This document shows positions 1 to 9,085 of a stretch of 39,692 nucleotides of DNA, one piece after another. The first letter of the stretch is position 1, and every line of letters starts with the position of its first letter. The stretch covers positions 1 through 39,692 of the IMG/VR virus record IMGVR_UViG_3300044674_003315, one strand, 5' to 3'. This stretch comes from a virus. Taxonomy: Duplodnaviria; Caudoviricetes. The notes beneath the pieces are model-generated. The model did not search any database and was not told the DNA's origin. It saw only the letters and a list, made by a program, of their open reading frames with translations. Both the position numbers and the translations under genes were made by a program.

Positions 1-2416
1 CCATGTGAGCACGCTCGAAGTCGGTGGCGCTTGTGTAGGTGTTATATATGTTATACGTCTGCGCGTTGACTCCGTTGCGCTGGGCTAGAGTGCCGGCGGC
101 GTCTCGGTAAAGGCGCGTATCCGCTGAGCTACCTAGTGCCAAGTTAGAAGTATTTCTCCTCAGCCAGAGCGCGTCGCCGCTGTCCAGACTAAGCCTCGAC
201 GTACCCCCAATAGCATAGGAGAGGGTCGAGCCAGACGTGCTAAAGCCGCCGTTCGAAGACGGCCCTATCACTAGCGCCGGTTCCGTGGGAATTCCTGCGG
301 GGAGAGTTAAAGCCCCAGTGTTGCTAACTTTAAACTTACTCGCTCCACCAACCTGCAAATCCAGCAGCTTGCTACCCGCTGCGCTGGCAGTGTCGGTGAC
401 ATCGGCCTTGATCAAGGTAAATGTATCGGCAGCATCATTCCAGGTGCTGGAGAGATTGAGTGCTTGGGCGTCGTCTGTTAGGGTGCCTTGATCGACGTCA
501 AGCGTCGTGCCTATGTAGGCAGTTCTGGGCCTGTTAGCGGATGCCGCCCCAATATCATAGGTGTTGTCCGCCTGGGCTAGAAGATGACCAGCCGTACTAA
601 TTTTCCAGTGGTTTGAGCCCGCAGCACCACCGAGGAATAGGGTTTGCCCCCGGAGAAACAAAGGGCGCGCCACTCCCGTCCCCGACTTTGCGACCTGAAT
701 AGTGGCATCATTGGCGCTAAAACCTAGCGACAACCACTCAGCGTTGCCCGCACCGTCGTCCGTGTTGTAGATGTTGGACGTTTGGGCATTGACGCCGTTA
801 CGTTGTGCTAGGGTGTTGGCTGCGTCTCGTGCTAGGGTTACGTCTTCTATTTGTAACAACGCTGTATTGCCATACATAAAAACAGACCCATCACTCCAAA
901 ACTCTTGGCGTTTCCCCCCAGCAACGGCTATGGAGATAGAACTGGCACCAGACCTATAAATTCCGTCAGCGGAATCCGCAGCAAACGAGTAAGCTGGTGC
1001 AGAAGCTGAACCACTCCCGGCTAACAATAACCCTCCCTTATCCACGCTGAACTTGCTCGCCCCACCCACCTGCAAATCCATCAACTTGCTTCCCGCTGCG
1101 CTGGCAGTGTCAGTGACATCGGCCTTGATCAGTGTAAACGTATCAGCCGCGTCGTTCCAGGTGCTCGTGATGCCGACATTGCCCTTTAGGGCCGTAGTGA
1201 CTATCGAGTCTGCACCAAGAACAACGGTATTAGATCCGAGACCTTCTGCTGAGTCGCCAATGACTATCTGGTTTGTGGCCGCTTCAACCCCTTTAGTCGA
1301 TTTCCCGATAAAGATGGAATCCTCTGCGGATGTTAGGTTCACAGTCCCTCCCGACTGATACCTAGCCGATCGCCACCCCAATACCACGTTGTAGTTGCCG
1401 TCTGCGTTTACAAGAGCTTGGTATCCTGCCGCCAGGTTGTACGCCCCTGACGAGAGGCTCGATCCACTGCTCGCCCCAATACCTATGTTGCCTGACGCAG
1501 TGGAGTTTAATAGAGCATTAAACCCTAAAGCTATACCATAGGAGCCACTAACGTTGTTGTAGAGTGCCGAGTAGCCTATGGCATTGTTATAATTTCCATC
1601 GATGTTACTGCCAAGCGCATTGTAGCCCATGGCATTGTTCCCGCTGCCATGGGTGTTGCTGAATAACGGTCTGTAGCCTATGGCACTGTTGTAGTCGCCC
1701 TCAGTGTTGCTGAATAACGGTCTGTAGCCCGAGCCATTGTTGTAGGTGCCAGTAGTGTTACTGCCAAGCGCATTGTAGCCCATGGCACTGTTCCCGTCGC
1801 CAGTAGTGTTCTGATTGAGCGCATGGTAGCCTGCGGCAGTGTTCCCTGCTCCCGTTAGCAATGCATCCGATAGAGCCGCACTACCTACACTAGTGTTAAG
1901 GAGCGTTGTATCGACCCCAAACACGCGATCAGCTCCGATCTTTAGCTGGATGTCTCGAACCGTCCCACCTGCGGATCCTGCCTCTGTCCCGATAACAAAA
2001 GTGTCAGCAGTGTCATTAAATCCGATGTGCGCCCGCTCGTAGTTAAAGGCATGTGTGTAGGTGTTGTAGATGTTGTAGGTCTGGGGATTGAAACCAAATC
2101 GCTGTCCTAAAGTATTTGTCGCGTCGCGGTATAGCGCCAAGTCACTATTCCAGTAAAGAGCGCCATTGGAGCCACTGAGGCGATATTGATAAGCACTCAA
2201 GGTGCCGCTTGCGTCTAGCGAGTAGGACAGATTTGGTGCAACGCCTATCCCCATTCTGCCATTTGAGTCCACGCTAAACTTGCTCGTCCCGCCCACCTGC
2301 AAGTCTAGCAACTTGCTACCCGCCGCGCTGGCGGCGTTAGTGACATTTAGTTTAATGCCATTAAAGAGAGTCGCCCCGTTGTCCCAGGTATCTGTTAGGT
2401 TAAATATATCAGCCAT
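1..2416 (-). CDS. Modular tail fibre / receptor-binding protein, 5' part (runs off the window start; continues at 39692..39193 if circularised, about 913 aa)
   Basis: ATG at 2416 (MADIFNLTDTWDNGATLFNGIKLNVTNAASAAGSKLLDLQVGG...). It is absent from the ORF track, presumably because no stop occurs before position 1; I spot-checked the frame but did not translate every codon. The frame matches ORF 39193..39660 across the 127-nt terminal overlap. It has repeated SAAGSKLLDLQVGG and LxRDAxxTLxQR modules and 17-aa NxAxGYxAL repeats. Confidence 0.8.
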   Translation of the reverse strand, partial: MADIFNLTDTWDNGATLFNGIKLNVTNAASAAGSKLLDLQVGGTSKFSVDSNGRMGIGVAPNLSYSLDASGTLSAYQYRLSGSNGALYWNSDLALYRDATNTLGQRFGFNPQTYNIYNTYTHAFNYERAHIGFNDTADTFVIGTEAGSAGGTVRDIQLKIGADRVFGVDTTLLNTSVGSAALSDALLTGAGNTAAGYHALNQNTTGDGNSAMGYNALGSNTTGTYNNGSGYRPLFSNTEGDYNSAIGYRPLFSNTHGSGNNAMGYNALGSNIDGNYNNAIGYSALYNNVSGSYGIALGFNALLNSTASGNIGIGASSGSSLSSGAYNLAAGYQALVNADGNYNVVLGWRSARYQSGGTVNLTSAEDSIFIGKSTKGVEAATNQIVIGDSAEGLGSNTVVLGADSIVTTALKGNVGITSTWNDAADTFTLIKADVTDTASAAGSKLMDLQVGGASKFSVDKGGLLLAGSGSASAPAYSFAADSADGIYRSGASSISIAVAGGKRQEFWSDGSVFMYGNTALLQIEDVTLARDAANTLAQRNGVNAQTSNIYNTDDGAGNAEWLSLGFSANDATIQVAKSGTGVARPLFLRGQTLFLGGAAGSNHWKISTAGHLLAQADNTYDIGAASANRPRTAYIGTTLDVDQGTLTDDAQALNLSSTWNDAADTFTLIKADVTDTASAAGSKLLDLQVGGASKFKVSNTGALTLPAGIPTEPALVIGPSSNGGFSTSGSTLSYAIGGTSRLSLDSGDALWLRRNTSNLALGSSADTRLYRDAAGTLAQRNGVNAQTYNIYNTYTSATDFERAHM
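48..174. repeat. 127-nt exact terminal direct repeat (copy 2 at 39566-39692), probable assembly circularisation overlap
   Basis: Base-by-base identity of 48-174 with 39566-39692. 127 is a commonly used assembler k-mer size. Confidence 0.9.
1380..1850 (-). repeat. 51-nt (17-aa) beta-solenoid-like repeats in the tail fibre
   Basis: Units such as NTTGDGNSAMGYNALGS. gtgttgctgaataacggtctgtagcc recurs at 1653 and 1704; ctgccaagcgcattgtagcccatggca recurs at 1608 and 1761 (3 x 51). Confidence 0.8.
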
Positions 2417-2417
2417 T

Positions 2418-2590
<173 letters not shown>

Positions 2591-2594
<4 letters not shown>

Positions 2595-2827
2595 GATTTT
2601 TGCTTGCTCAGGCTTTTCCATTCCGCAGGCGTATTGAGCAGCGCTATAATGAGCTGCCTCCCTCCATCGATCATACGCGCTCGCTTCGAATCAAAATTAT
2701 GATCCGCATCGAAAATGGGTAGGTCAAAGCCCACTTTCCGTTTTAGATAGCTCACGATAATATCGCCTTGCTCGGTCGCTAGGATTTTCGCGACGGTTTC
2801 TAGTTCGTGCATCTCTCGGCTAGTCAT
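2591..2827 (-). CDS. Small conserved protein downstream of portal (Bbp19-like position)
   Basis: 78-aa ORF in the position and size typical of BPP-1/T7-like podovirus head modules. Confidence 0.6.
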
Positions 2828-2920
2828 GTCGCTTAGGCCGGTAGGTGCCCACTATCTTACCGCTTATAGCGTACGCCATTATCTCTCCGCGCCTTCTATC
2901 CTGATAATAGAGCATCTTTA

Positions 2921-4621
2921 TCATGCCGCCTCCCCTGCAAGTTGTTGCATGTTTCTAGCCGCCGCCTCCCCATCAGTATCGCCCACCGTCTGAGCCACGT
3001 TTGCGGCTTGCTCGACTAGCGCCGCTTGCATCATAGCTTGCTCTTGTTGCTGTCTCACTTGACGCTCGCGCTCCACCAGCCGCTCAAGTTTGAGCACATC
3101 TTCGGGGAGACCGTCATTGCGACCCGCCAAACGGATAAGTTTGTCGATATGGAAGTTTTCCACGATCTCAGGCGCAATCGGAGCAAGCGCCAGCAGCCTG
3201 TCTAGCGTGCGATCAATGGCCGAGTTCTGTACCATACGCATGGCTAGAGAAATCCTGGAAGTAAATTCAACCTTTGGCGCCGCGATGAATCCCGACCCAT
3301 CTTCAAGCACCTGAACCACTGACGCTGGAGGCTCGGGGAATACTCCCGCCTCGAAGAGAATGTTGAACACCGTGGAGAAGATGCTTTCCATCTCCGATGT
3401 GAGCTGATTGAAATTTGGCAAGAACTTACGAAGAGCACCCGCTTCAAGAGCCGCCACTTCGCGCGCCGTCATTTGCTTGTCTTTCTGGGCGATACTCTCG
3501 AAGAGCGACGCATGGAACGCCGCTCGAACTTCCACCCTCTTCGCTTCCATCAGCTTCTCGCCAACGGCGTAGTTGGCTCGGTTGAGTAGTTGCTCAGGCT
3601 TGCCGCCCTGCCCCTTCCGCTCATCGTAGACCGTGACCCCATTCGGGTAGGGCGCTACTTCACCCACCATCCCAGCAGGCACGAGCCACGGAGGCCGCAC
3701 AGCCAAAGCCGCCCCCTCGTCCATGTCACGCGCCAGCTTGTTAAGCTGGCGAATCGCAGGCATTGCCCGGTTGGCGGGACAGTTGCCGTAAACGTAATCG
3801 TTCCATCGCTCCGCGCGGATACACGCGTAAGGAAAGTGTTCGTATCCGCCTCGCTCTAAGACGTGCTTATCTTCCTGGCATACGTAAACGCTTGCCCATT
3901 CCATCTCGGTTGCAGCCGGTGAAGTTTCATCCCTATCTACGCGAGGAAAAACAGCGTGAATGACCCTGAATTCCGTGTGCTCCGCCGTCTTGCCTGCCCT
4001 GATGGCCATTAGGGCCTTGCGAGCCGAGGCACCAAGGTTTTTCTCGCCGAACATATCGGCCATCTGTTCAGCGTTTAGGCGCAGCTCACGGTACAGCTTC
4101 GATACCGAACCATTCGCGTCTTCCTCGATAGCGAAATAGCCGAGCCTAACGTAGGAAAACTGCAAAAGGTTTTTAGAGCCTTTGCGGAGAGCAAGCGCCG
4201 CCGTGCCAGCGTAGCCCATATCCGTGACCGCTGGTTTGAGTTGCTGGTAGAATCGAGAGCGCGCTATGTGCAAGAGTGCGATCTCGCCGCACTTTGCGTA
4301 CCATTTATTGGCGGCATCGTCTGCCGCGTCAGCATCCTCTGGAGACCAGACCATCCATTGCTCGTTGGCGGGAAATATCTCGCTAATTAGGCCTGTCGCG
4401 TACGAGTCGAGAGCATCGAGCGCCGTAGTGTCGAATATTCCACTAAATCCCGTTCGATCAGGGCTTTTAGGAATTTCCGAGTAAATATCGACTTGAGGCG
4501 CGCAATAGCGCCCGTTGTAATCCCATCGAGATTTCCAGGTCTCCAGATCCGTAAAGAGAGCCGTCTTCCGCTTAATAATGTACTCTGCCGACTCGTCGCG
4601 CATCTCTCTATTATTGGCCAA
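2921..4621 (-). CDS. Portal protein (head-to-tail connector, podovirus type)
   Basis: 566 aa with IFDTTA, GGYEHFPY..RAERW..YG.CP, PPWLVP and QMTAREV motifs of T7/BPP-1-like connectors; follows the terminase. Confidence 0.9.
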   Translation of the reverse strand: MANNREMRDESAEYIIKRKTALFTDLETWKSRWDYNGRYCAPQVDIYSEIPKSPDRTGFSGIFDTTALDALDSYATGLISEIFPANEQWMVWSPEDADAADDAANKWYAKCGEIALLHIARSRFYQQLKPAVTDMGYAGTAALALRKGSKNLLQFSYVRLGYFAIEEDANGSVSKLYRELRLNAEQMADMFGEKNLGASARKALMAIRAGKTAEHTEFRVIHAVFPRVDRDETSPAATEMEWASVYVCQEDKHVLERGGYEHFPYACIRAERWNDYVYGNCPANRAMPAIRQLNKLARDMDEGAALAVRPPWLVPAGMVGEVAPYPNGVTVYDERKGQGGKPEQLLNRANYAVGEKLMEAKRVEVRAAFHASLFESIAQKDKQMTAREVAALEAGALRKFLPNFNQLTSEMESIFSTVFNILFEAGVFPEPPASVVQVLEDGSGFIAAPKVEFTSRISLAMRMVQNSAIDRTLDRLLALAPIAPEIVENFHIDKLIRLAGRNDGLPEDVLKLERLVERERQVRQQQEQAMMQAALVEQAANVAQTVGDTDGEAAARNMQQLAGEAA

Positions 4622-4808
4622 GCATGGTTTTGTGCCCCGACTGGTAAGCGGGATTGAACGAGCCCGCCCGCACAGTGTTCAGCGTCGAACTGTTAGCGAC
4701 TCTTTTAGACCGTCTGCGTTTCGCGATGGCGTCAGCCTCGACTACTGGCGCTTCTGCGTTGGCAGGAGGAGGCGGTGCTGCTGGAGGTTTTGGTGAGTCG
4801 AATCCCAT
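4611..4808 (-). CDS. Small virion protein preceding portal
   Basis: Pro-rich N-terminus, basic middle and KTMLGQ C-terminus, as in small pre-portal proteins of podoviruses. Confidence 0.65.
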   Translation of the reverse strand: MGFDSPKPPAAPPPPANAEAPVVEADAIAKRRRSKRVANSSTLNTVRAGSFNPAYQSGHKTMLGQ

Positions 4809-4833
4809 AAGGTTGACTCTAAGCCCGCAGAGC

Positions 4834-4849
4834 TGTTAACGTCAACTCA
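4834..4849 (-). promoter_or_regulatory. Conserved 16-mer TGAGTTGACGTTAACA, copy 1 (putative late promoter/operator)
   Basis: Identical 16-mer at 21625-21640 and 36785-36800. Contains TTGACG followed 18 nt later by TAGAGT. Confidence 0.6.
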
Positions 4850-6376
4850 ATAACCGCCTTGCGATACCACCCTAGGCAGAGCCAATCTCGTCTCTGGCGA
4901 ATGATCAGGCTGTAGCAAGAGCCCGTGAAGCTCAACCTCAGCCATGTAGCCGAACGCATCCGAAGGATGCGACGCCCAATCATGCACCGGCTGCGAGGTA
5001 ATGTAGCCACCCCCTACCTTGTCTTCCTTGTAACGATAGTGAGACAACGCAGCTAGCAACATCTCAACTGCTGGCGAATCGCAAAACCAGGTATTTGCGA
5101 GCGCCGCCCTGCTTCGATTGATTCTTATATGCACATCCTCTGTCCGAGGGATAGCTTCGCACCCTTTAAGCCCGGCCTCAGTCAGTTCCTCTAAAAACGA
5201 ATAGCCCGCTGGGCTTTTCGCTTGGGAGTCATGTGGCAGGTAGTGCGCACCGAAGGTATAGCCCTTAGCAAGCATATGGGCGACTCGCTGCCCAAGGTTG
5301 AGATCCTGGCCTAAATCGCAATCGATCACTCGCCGTTGAACGCCGATATGTTGCCAGTAAACAACCACGGTGTTTGCTGGTGAACCGATATCCCATGTGG
5401 TCGACACAAGATGATCCGGCTCATGCTGGAACGCGCAGACTTGACCATCTACGCGCACCTTGTTGATATGTGGCGCGTAGATCGCTCCGTTAACGGGCGT
5501 GAGAAAGATCTCTTCTAGCCGCGAAGGATACTCTTCAAATCGAGCCGCTTTCTTCCCCCAAGCGTTCTTGAAATACCAAAGCTTTTGCTCTGGCGTGAGC
5601 GTGATTCCGTCTTCCTCTAGATCGCTAAAATACTTTACGCAGTCCGGCCCTATCTGCTTTGGATCTCCCTCGAAAAGCAGCGTCTTGTCTCCCTGCCACG
5701 GGAAGAACCGAATAACCCAATCACGCGCCGTCCGGTATTCATCGGAGAGCTTAAGGGCACCCTCTACGACCTCGCTATAAAGCCTCCCCGCCTTCCCGCC
5801 TCGCCAGGTCGTCTCTATGACCACGGTGCCTTTATCCGCAGCCGGAAGCGCGCCATCCGCGATAGCATCCGAGCGCCTCACATCTTCGAACTGGATCGGC
5901 CCCCACTCAGACACCCACAATAGTTGAAACGTGTCACCGCGCGCGCGCATGCCCGCTTCTAGGTAGCGCTCCTGATCTGGTTCCTGCCCATCACGCGTTA
6001 TGCGCGTGATGATGAATTTGCCCTCACTATCGGCTATTACTTCGAAGCAGCTCTTGAAGTCCTGCGGCAGCTCGTTCCACGCGTGCTTGATCTTTCGCCG
6101 CTTTTTCTCCGCGTCCGCCGCCGTTTGGTCGATAATCGCGATGCGAACGCCCGGCTTGAACAGCAACCAATCCAGGCAGACGAGAGCTAGCAGAGTGCTG
6201 AAACCTAACTGACGAGCTTTTAAAATAGCGATCCTGACGTTCCCGGTTTGGTAAAGGTCTTCGAGAATTTGCCATTGTTCAGCGCGAGGATCGAACAGCA
6301 GCGTAGGCCGCTCATCCGCAGGCTTTATATGGTACAAGTGCGCGAATCGCCATCGCCAAGAGGTAAGTGTCTGCAT
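4847..6376 (-). CDS. terL: Terminase large subunit
   Basis: ILKARQLGFST Walker A variant, LWVSEWG Walker B, IETT coupling motif, TWDIG RNase H Asp, and HDWASHPSDAFGY C-terminal motif. Confidence 0.92.
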   Translation of the reverse strand: MQTLTSWRWRFAHLYHIKPADERPTLLFDPRAEQWQILEDLYQTGNVRIAILKARQLGFSTLLALVCLDWLLFKPGVRIAIIDQTAADAEKKRRKIKHAWNELPQDFKSCFEVIADSEGKFIITRITRDGQEPDQERYLEAGMRARGDTFQLLWVSEWGPIQFEDVRRSDAIADGALPAADKGTVVIETTWRGGKAGRLYSEVVEGALKLSDEYRTARDWVIRFFPWQGDKTLLFEGDPKQIGPDCVKYFSDLEEDGITLTPEQKLWYFKNAWGKKAARFEEYPSRLEEIFLTPVNGAIYAPHINKVRVDGQVCAFQHEPDHLVSTTWDIGSPANTVVVYWQHIGVQRRVIDCDLGQDLNLGQRVAHMLAKGYTFGAHYLPHDSQAKSPAGYSFLEELTEAGLKGCEAIPRTEDVHIRINRSRAALANTWFCDSPAVEMLLAALSHYRYKEDKVGGGYITSQPVHDWASHPSDAFGYMAEVELHGLLLQPDHSPETRLALPRVVSQGGY

Positions 6377-6382
6377 GGCATA

Positions 6383-6859
6383 TTATGTTCCTTGCGCTTC
6401 CTCAATCATATCCATCAATTTGTGATTCACTTCCCCGCTATGCTCCACCGCTTGGGTTAACCGCCATTTCTGTCGGTTCATCAACCAAAACTGAGCCGCC
6501 CTTGTATCGGGAGGGTAATGTTTATCGACCTCTTGAGTGTCAGTAATCATGCCCTCATGAGTTGCGACTTTGGTTTCTTTGCACTGGTACCCTCGCGCCC
6601 GATGGTAAAGAGCCTCAGCTATTTCCGCATCGGCCAGTTCTTTGCCTTCCTTTACGGCACATGAAAATTCCGGGATCTCTCGAATCCATTTATCAATAGT
6701 CGGGACAGATACCTCGAAGCATTGTGCTAGTTTCTCGTTTGTCGCACTGAGCAGGCAGAACTTTTTAGCAAGCTTGGCGTACTCTTCCCGGTAAAGCGTT
6801 GGCCGACCGACCTTCTTAGGCGTCTTCTTCTTAGGCGTCTTCTTCTTAGGCGTCTTCAT
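6383..6859 (-). CDS. terS: Terminase small subunit
   Basis: GRPTLY N-terminus, HTH (LAQCFEVSVPTIDKW), ALYHRARGY and HYPPDTRAAQFWLMNR motifs; directly upstream of terL. Confidence 0.85.
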   Translation of the reverse strand: MKTPKKKTPKKKTPKKVGRPTLYREEYAKLAKKFCLLSATNEKLAQCFEVSVPTIDKWIREIPEFSCAVKEGKELADAEIAEALYHRARGYQCKETKVATHEGMITDTQEVDKHYPPDTRAAQFWLMNRQKWRLTQAVEHSGEVNHKLMDMIEEAQGT

Positions 6860-7103
6860 CTTTAGCGCTTGCGGTTTTCAACTTCGGTCTCCCCATCAAC
6901 TTCGTTCTCCCCTTCAACCAAAGCCGCTTCTGAGCCGCAATAATTTTCTCCTCACTCATCCCCCGCTTTCGGCATTCCGCATAATGCGAGCAGATCGTTC
7001 TCTTGCTTGGTTTCCTGACGCCCCAAAATGAGTAATAGTCCGCCCACCCCTGAAAAGTGCGCTCACCGTATCGAATTGGCCGCCTACCTGCTTTATCGCT
7101 CAT
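6846..7103 (-). CDS. Hypothetical basic protein
   Basis: 85-aa ORF overlapping both neighbours in the operon. Confidence 0.6.
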   Translation of the reverse strand: MSDKAGRRPIRYGERTFQGWADYYSFWGVRKPSKRTICSHYAECRKRGMSEEKIIAAQKRLWLKGRTKLMGRPKLKTASAKDEDA

Positions 7104-7704
7104 ACGTTTTTAGCGAATAGCTCACGCAATCATCCGCGATACTCACTATGCGCGAACCGTCGCGGATCATTCTATCGGCCAACCTGACCTCGTAGGCTTC
7201 GCCTAGTTGGTTCAAGTTCAAATTAGAAGTTATTAGCGTACTCTTGCCTCTGCGAGCATAAAGCAAATGCGCCAGATTGTCTTTGCTCGCCCGCTGCAAA
7301 CCTTTCGCTTCCGCCCCCAGATCATCCAGGATAAGAAACGGAGCGCTTTGTAGCGTGCCGAAGTAATCCCAACAACGCTCGTCGGCGCAACGAGACACCA
7401 GGATAGGCCATGTCGCCCACAGCGCCGCTTTCCCCCGACTTTTGCAATACTGCGCCCACATTCTGCCCAGCAGCGTCTTACCTATCCCTGACGGGCCTGT
7501 GAGAGTCAACCAGCGTCTTGGGCCTTCCCTGTAATGCTCGCCAGCAAATACCTCTAGCTCGTACAGCGCTCTCGCAAGATCGCGGTGATAGGCACCGAAC
7601 GTAATCCCATCAACCGATTTTCGAATAGTCACCGGCTTTGTTGGCATTGGCTGTTCCTGCATTTCGGTCGTAACTTTTTTGATTGCGTCTGCTATGGTTT
7701 CCAC
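7093..7704 (-). CDS. DnaC/IstB-like AAA+ ATPase (helicase loader)
   Basis: Walker A GPSGIGKT, Walker B LILDDLGAE, TLITSN and RLADRM motifs. Confidence 0.88.
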   Translation of the reverse strand: METIADAIKKVTTEMQEQPMPTKPVTIRKSVDGITFGAYHRDLARALYELEVFAGEHYREGPRRWLTLTGPSGIGKTLLGRMWAQYCKSRGKAALWATWPILVSRCADERCWDYFGTLQSAPFLILDDLGAEAKGLQRASKDNLAHLLYARRGKSTLITSNLNLNQLGEAYEVRLADRMIRDGSRIVSIADDCVSYSLKTYER

Positions 7705-8377
7705 TGCTGTTTGGGTTGTAGTCTACAATTGCCTGCAAATGACCGCCAATGTTGTTAATCGTGACTGGCGATTTCCAATCGAGGCTCTCGATCCACGGTC
7801 TCACGTTTGCCTTCACGCGCTCCCAATCGTCCATGAGGTAATTGATGTTTTGAACGTAGATGCCGCGCCGCTCGGCGTTAACGTTGAGGATTGTTCCTGA
7901 GAGTCCGGCGACACGAAAGAAATCATCGATGCGTGTTTGTTCAATCACCGAAAGCCCGCCAGGAATCTGCTCGCTCCGTACTCTTTCTATACTTTGTGAA
8001 TGTAACTGTGAGCCTTTGTGACTGGGTTCCGTTTGGGTTTCTTGTGGGTTAGGGTTTGGGTTTCTTTGGGGCTTTTTAGGTCGTCCTCCCTTGCTTCCGT
8101 TTGCTCTCTTCACCTCTCGCAACTCCCTCTCCTTCAATAGCCTAGGGTTGACTCCATCAGGAAACTTCTCAATTAAAATAAAACGGCAATGCTCGAGCTC
8201 TTGTGGCGTTGTTCCCGTGATCCGTAACAGCGCAGCATCATCGGTAATCGGTACTGAGCCTGTATTCCACTGGTGCACCAGCAACCGAACGTAAAACCCA
8301 ACGGAAACCGAGTCGAAAGCTAAAGTAGAAGCTAAAAAGTCGCCCGTATAAAATGGGAACCATGGCGAATCAGACAT
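7610..8377 (-). CDS. Phage replication initiator (YdaU/DUF1376-like)
   Basis: N-terminal PWFPFYTGDFLAST...GFYVRLL..QW, NPRL..ERE and NGSKGGRP motifs; paired with the DnaC-like gene. Confidence 0.8.
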   Translation of the reverse strand: MSDSPWFPFYTGDFLASTLAFDSVSVGFYVRLLVHQWNTGSVPITDDAALLRITGTTPQELEHCRFILIEKFPDGVNPRLLKERELREVKRANGSKGGRPKKPQRNPNPNPQETQTEPSHKGSQLHSQSIERVRSEQIPGGLSVIEQTRIDDFFRVAGLSGTILNVNAERRGIYVQNINYLMDDWERVKANVRPWIESLDWKSPVTINNIGGHLQAIVDYNPNSSGNHSRRNQKSYDRNAGTANANKAGDYSKIG

Positions 8378-8657
8378 TCTCGCCGTGCGTTGGCAATTTG
8401 ACTCTGTCTAGTTGCCTGTTTCTTAGGAGCTTCCCACTGCTGACCATCTCTCGCATATGACAAGCGAAATCCTGACGCAGCTTAGAAAGCGGCACACTGT
8501 TACCTTTTAGATAACTCTCCCGGTAATGTTTCGCGCAGGAATCCCTAGCATCCGCCCACGTTCGCGATCTCTCCGCTTCTAGCACCGCGCGCACTGTCGC
8601 GTCTCGCTTCGCCTCTAAGGCTAATACTCGTGATTGTGGTAATAGTTGAGTGTCCAT
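8370..8657 (-). CDS. Hypothetical protein
   Basis: 95-aa ORF in operon context. Confidence 0.6.
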   Translation of the reverse strand: MDTQLLPQSRVLALEAKRDATVRAVLEAERSRTWADARDSCAKHYRESYLKGNSVPLSKLRQDFACHMREMVSSGKLLRNRQLDRVKLPTHGENV

Positions 8658-8667
8658 TTGTTCCTTT

Positions 8668-9042
8668 CTATGTCATTGTGATTTCAATTCTCGCCCCCTG
8701 CCCATCATCCCAAAACTTACAAATATGCCCTTCCGCGACTACGAAATCGTCCGCAAATAGCGCGTCCAAGATCGCCTTGTCTATGTTGTCTCTGTCAGGC
8801 TTCGCTCGGTGGGGTTGCCCCATTAGGGCCGCCCGTTTTGCCTTGGAATAGCTTTTAGGTATTGGCAGGTACGCTCTCCAAGAGACCTCCAAAGGGCGCA
8901 CAGGATGGCCTACACAGGCTGCACGCAATAAATCCTTAAACGCACGGTAACGCATCACCACTGGCCTGCGTTGCCATTTGTCTCGCTGTGTCATCCGGGG
9001 GGCTCCCATGGGGGCAATGTAGACAACGGCGGAGTAACTCAT
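8668..9042 (-). CDS. rusA: RusA-like Holliday junction resolvase
   Basis: PMGAPRMTQRDKW and KPDRDNIDKAILDALFADD catalytic motif. Start placed at ATG 9042, directly after the attC-derived repeat. Confidence 0.85.
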   Translation of the reverse strand: MSYSAVVYIAPMGAPRMTQRDKWQRRPVVMRYRAFKDLLRAACVGHPVRPLEVSWRAYLPIPKSYSKAKRAALMGQPHRAKPDRDNIDKAILDALFADDFVVAEGHICKFWDDGQGARIEITMT

Positions 9043-9085
9043 GTAAAGTGTATTTTGCTTATCGGGCCGGTGCCTCACCCTTGGC
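9043..9085 (+). mobile_element. attC-like half site (site 0; right arm, R' degenerate)
   Basis: 40/43 identical to 9473-9515 of site 1. Confidence 0.6.

Noticed and set aside
1-47. Diversity-generating retroelement TR/VR pair (variant copy of a tail-fibre segment)
   Set aside because: The differences are not adenine-specific on either strand, and no reverse transcriptase is encoded.
48-174. Biological direct terminal repeat of the virion DNA
   Set aside because: The length of exactly 127 nt and the mid-gene position point to an assembly overlap.
237-2042. Plus-strand ORFs 237-491, 771-959, 1053-1358 and 1839-2042 with repeated LAPPTCKS
   Set aside because: They are antisense reflections of the repeated tail-fibre modules.
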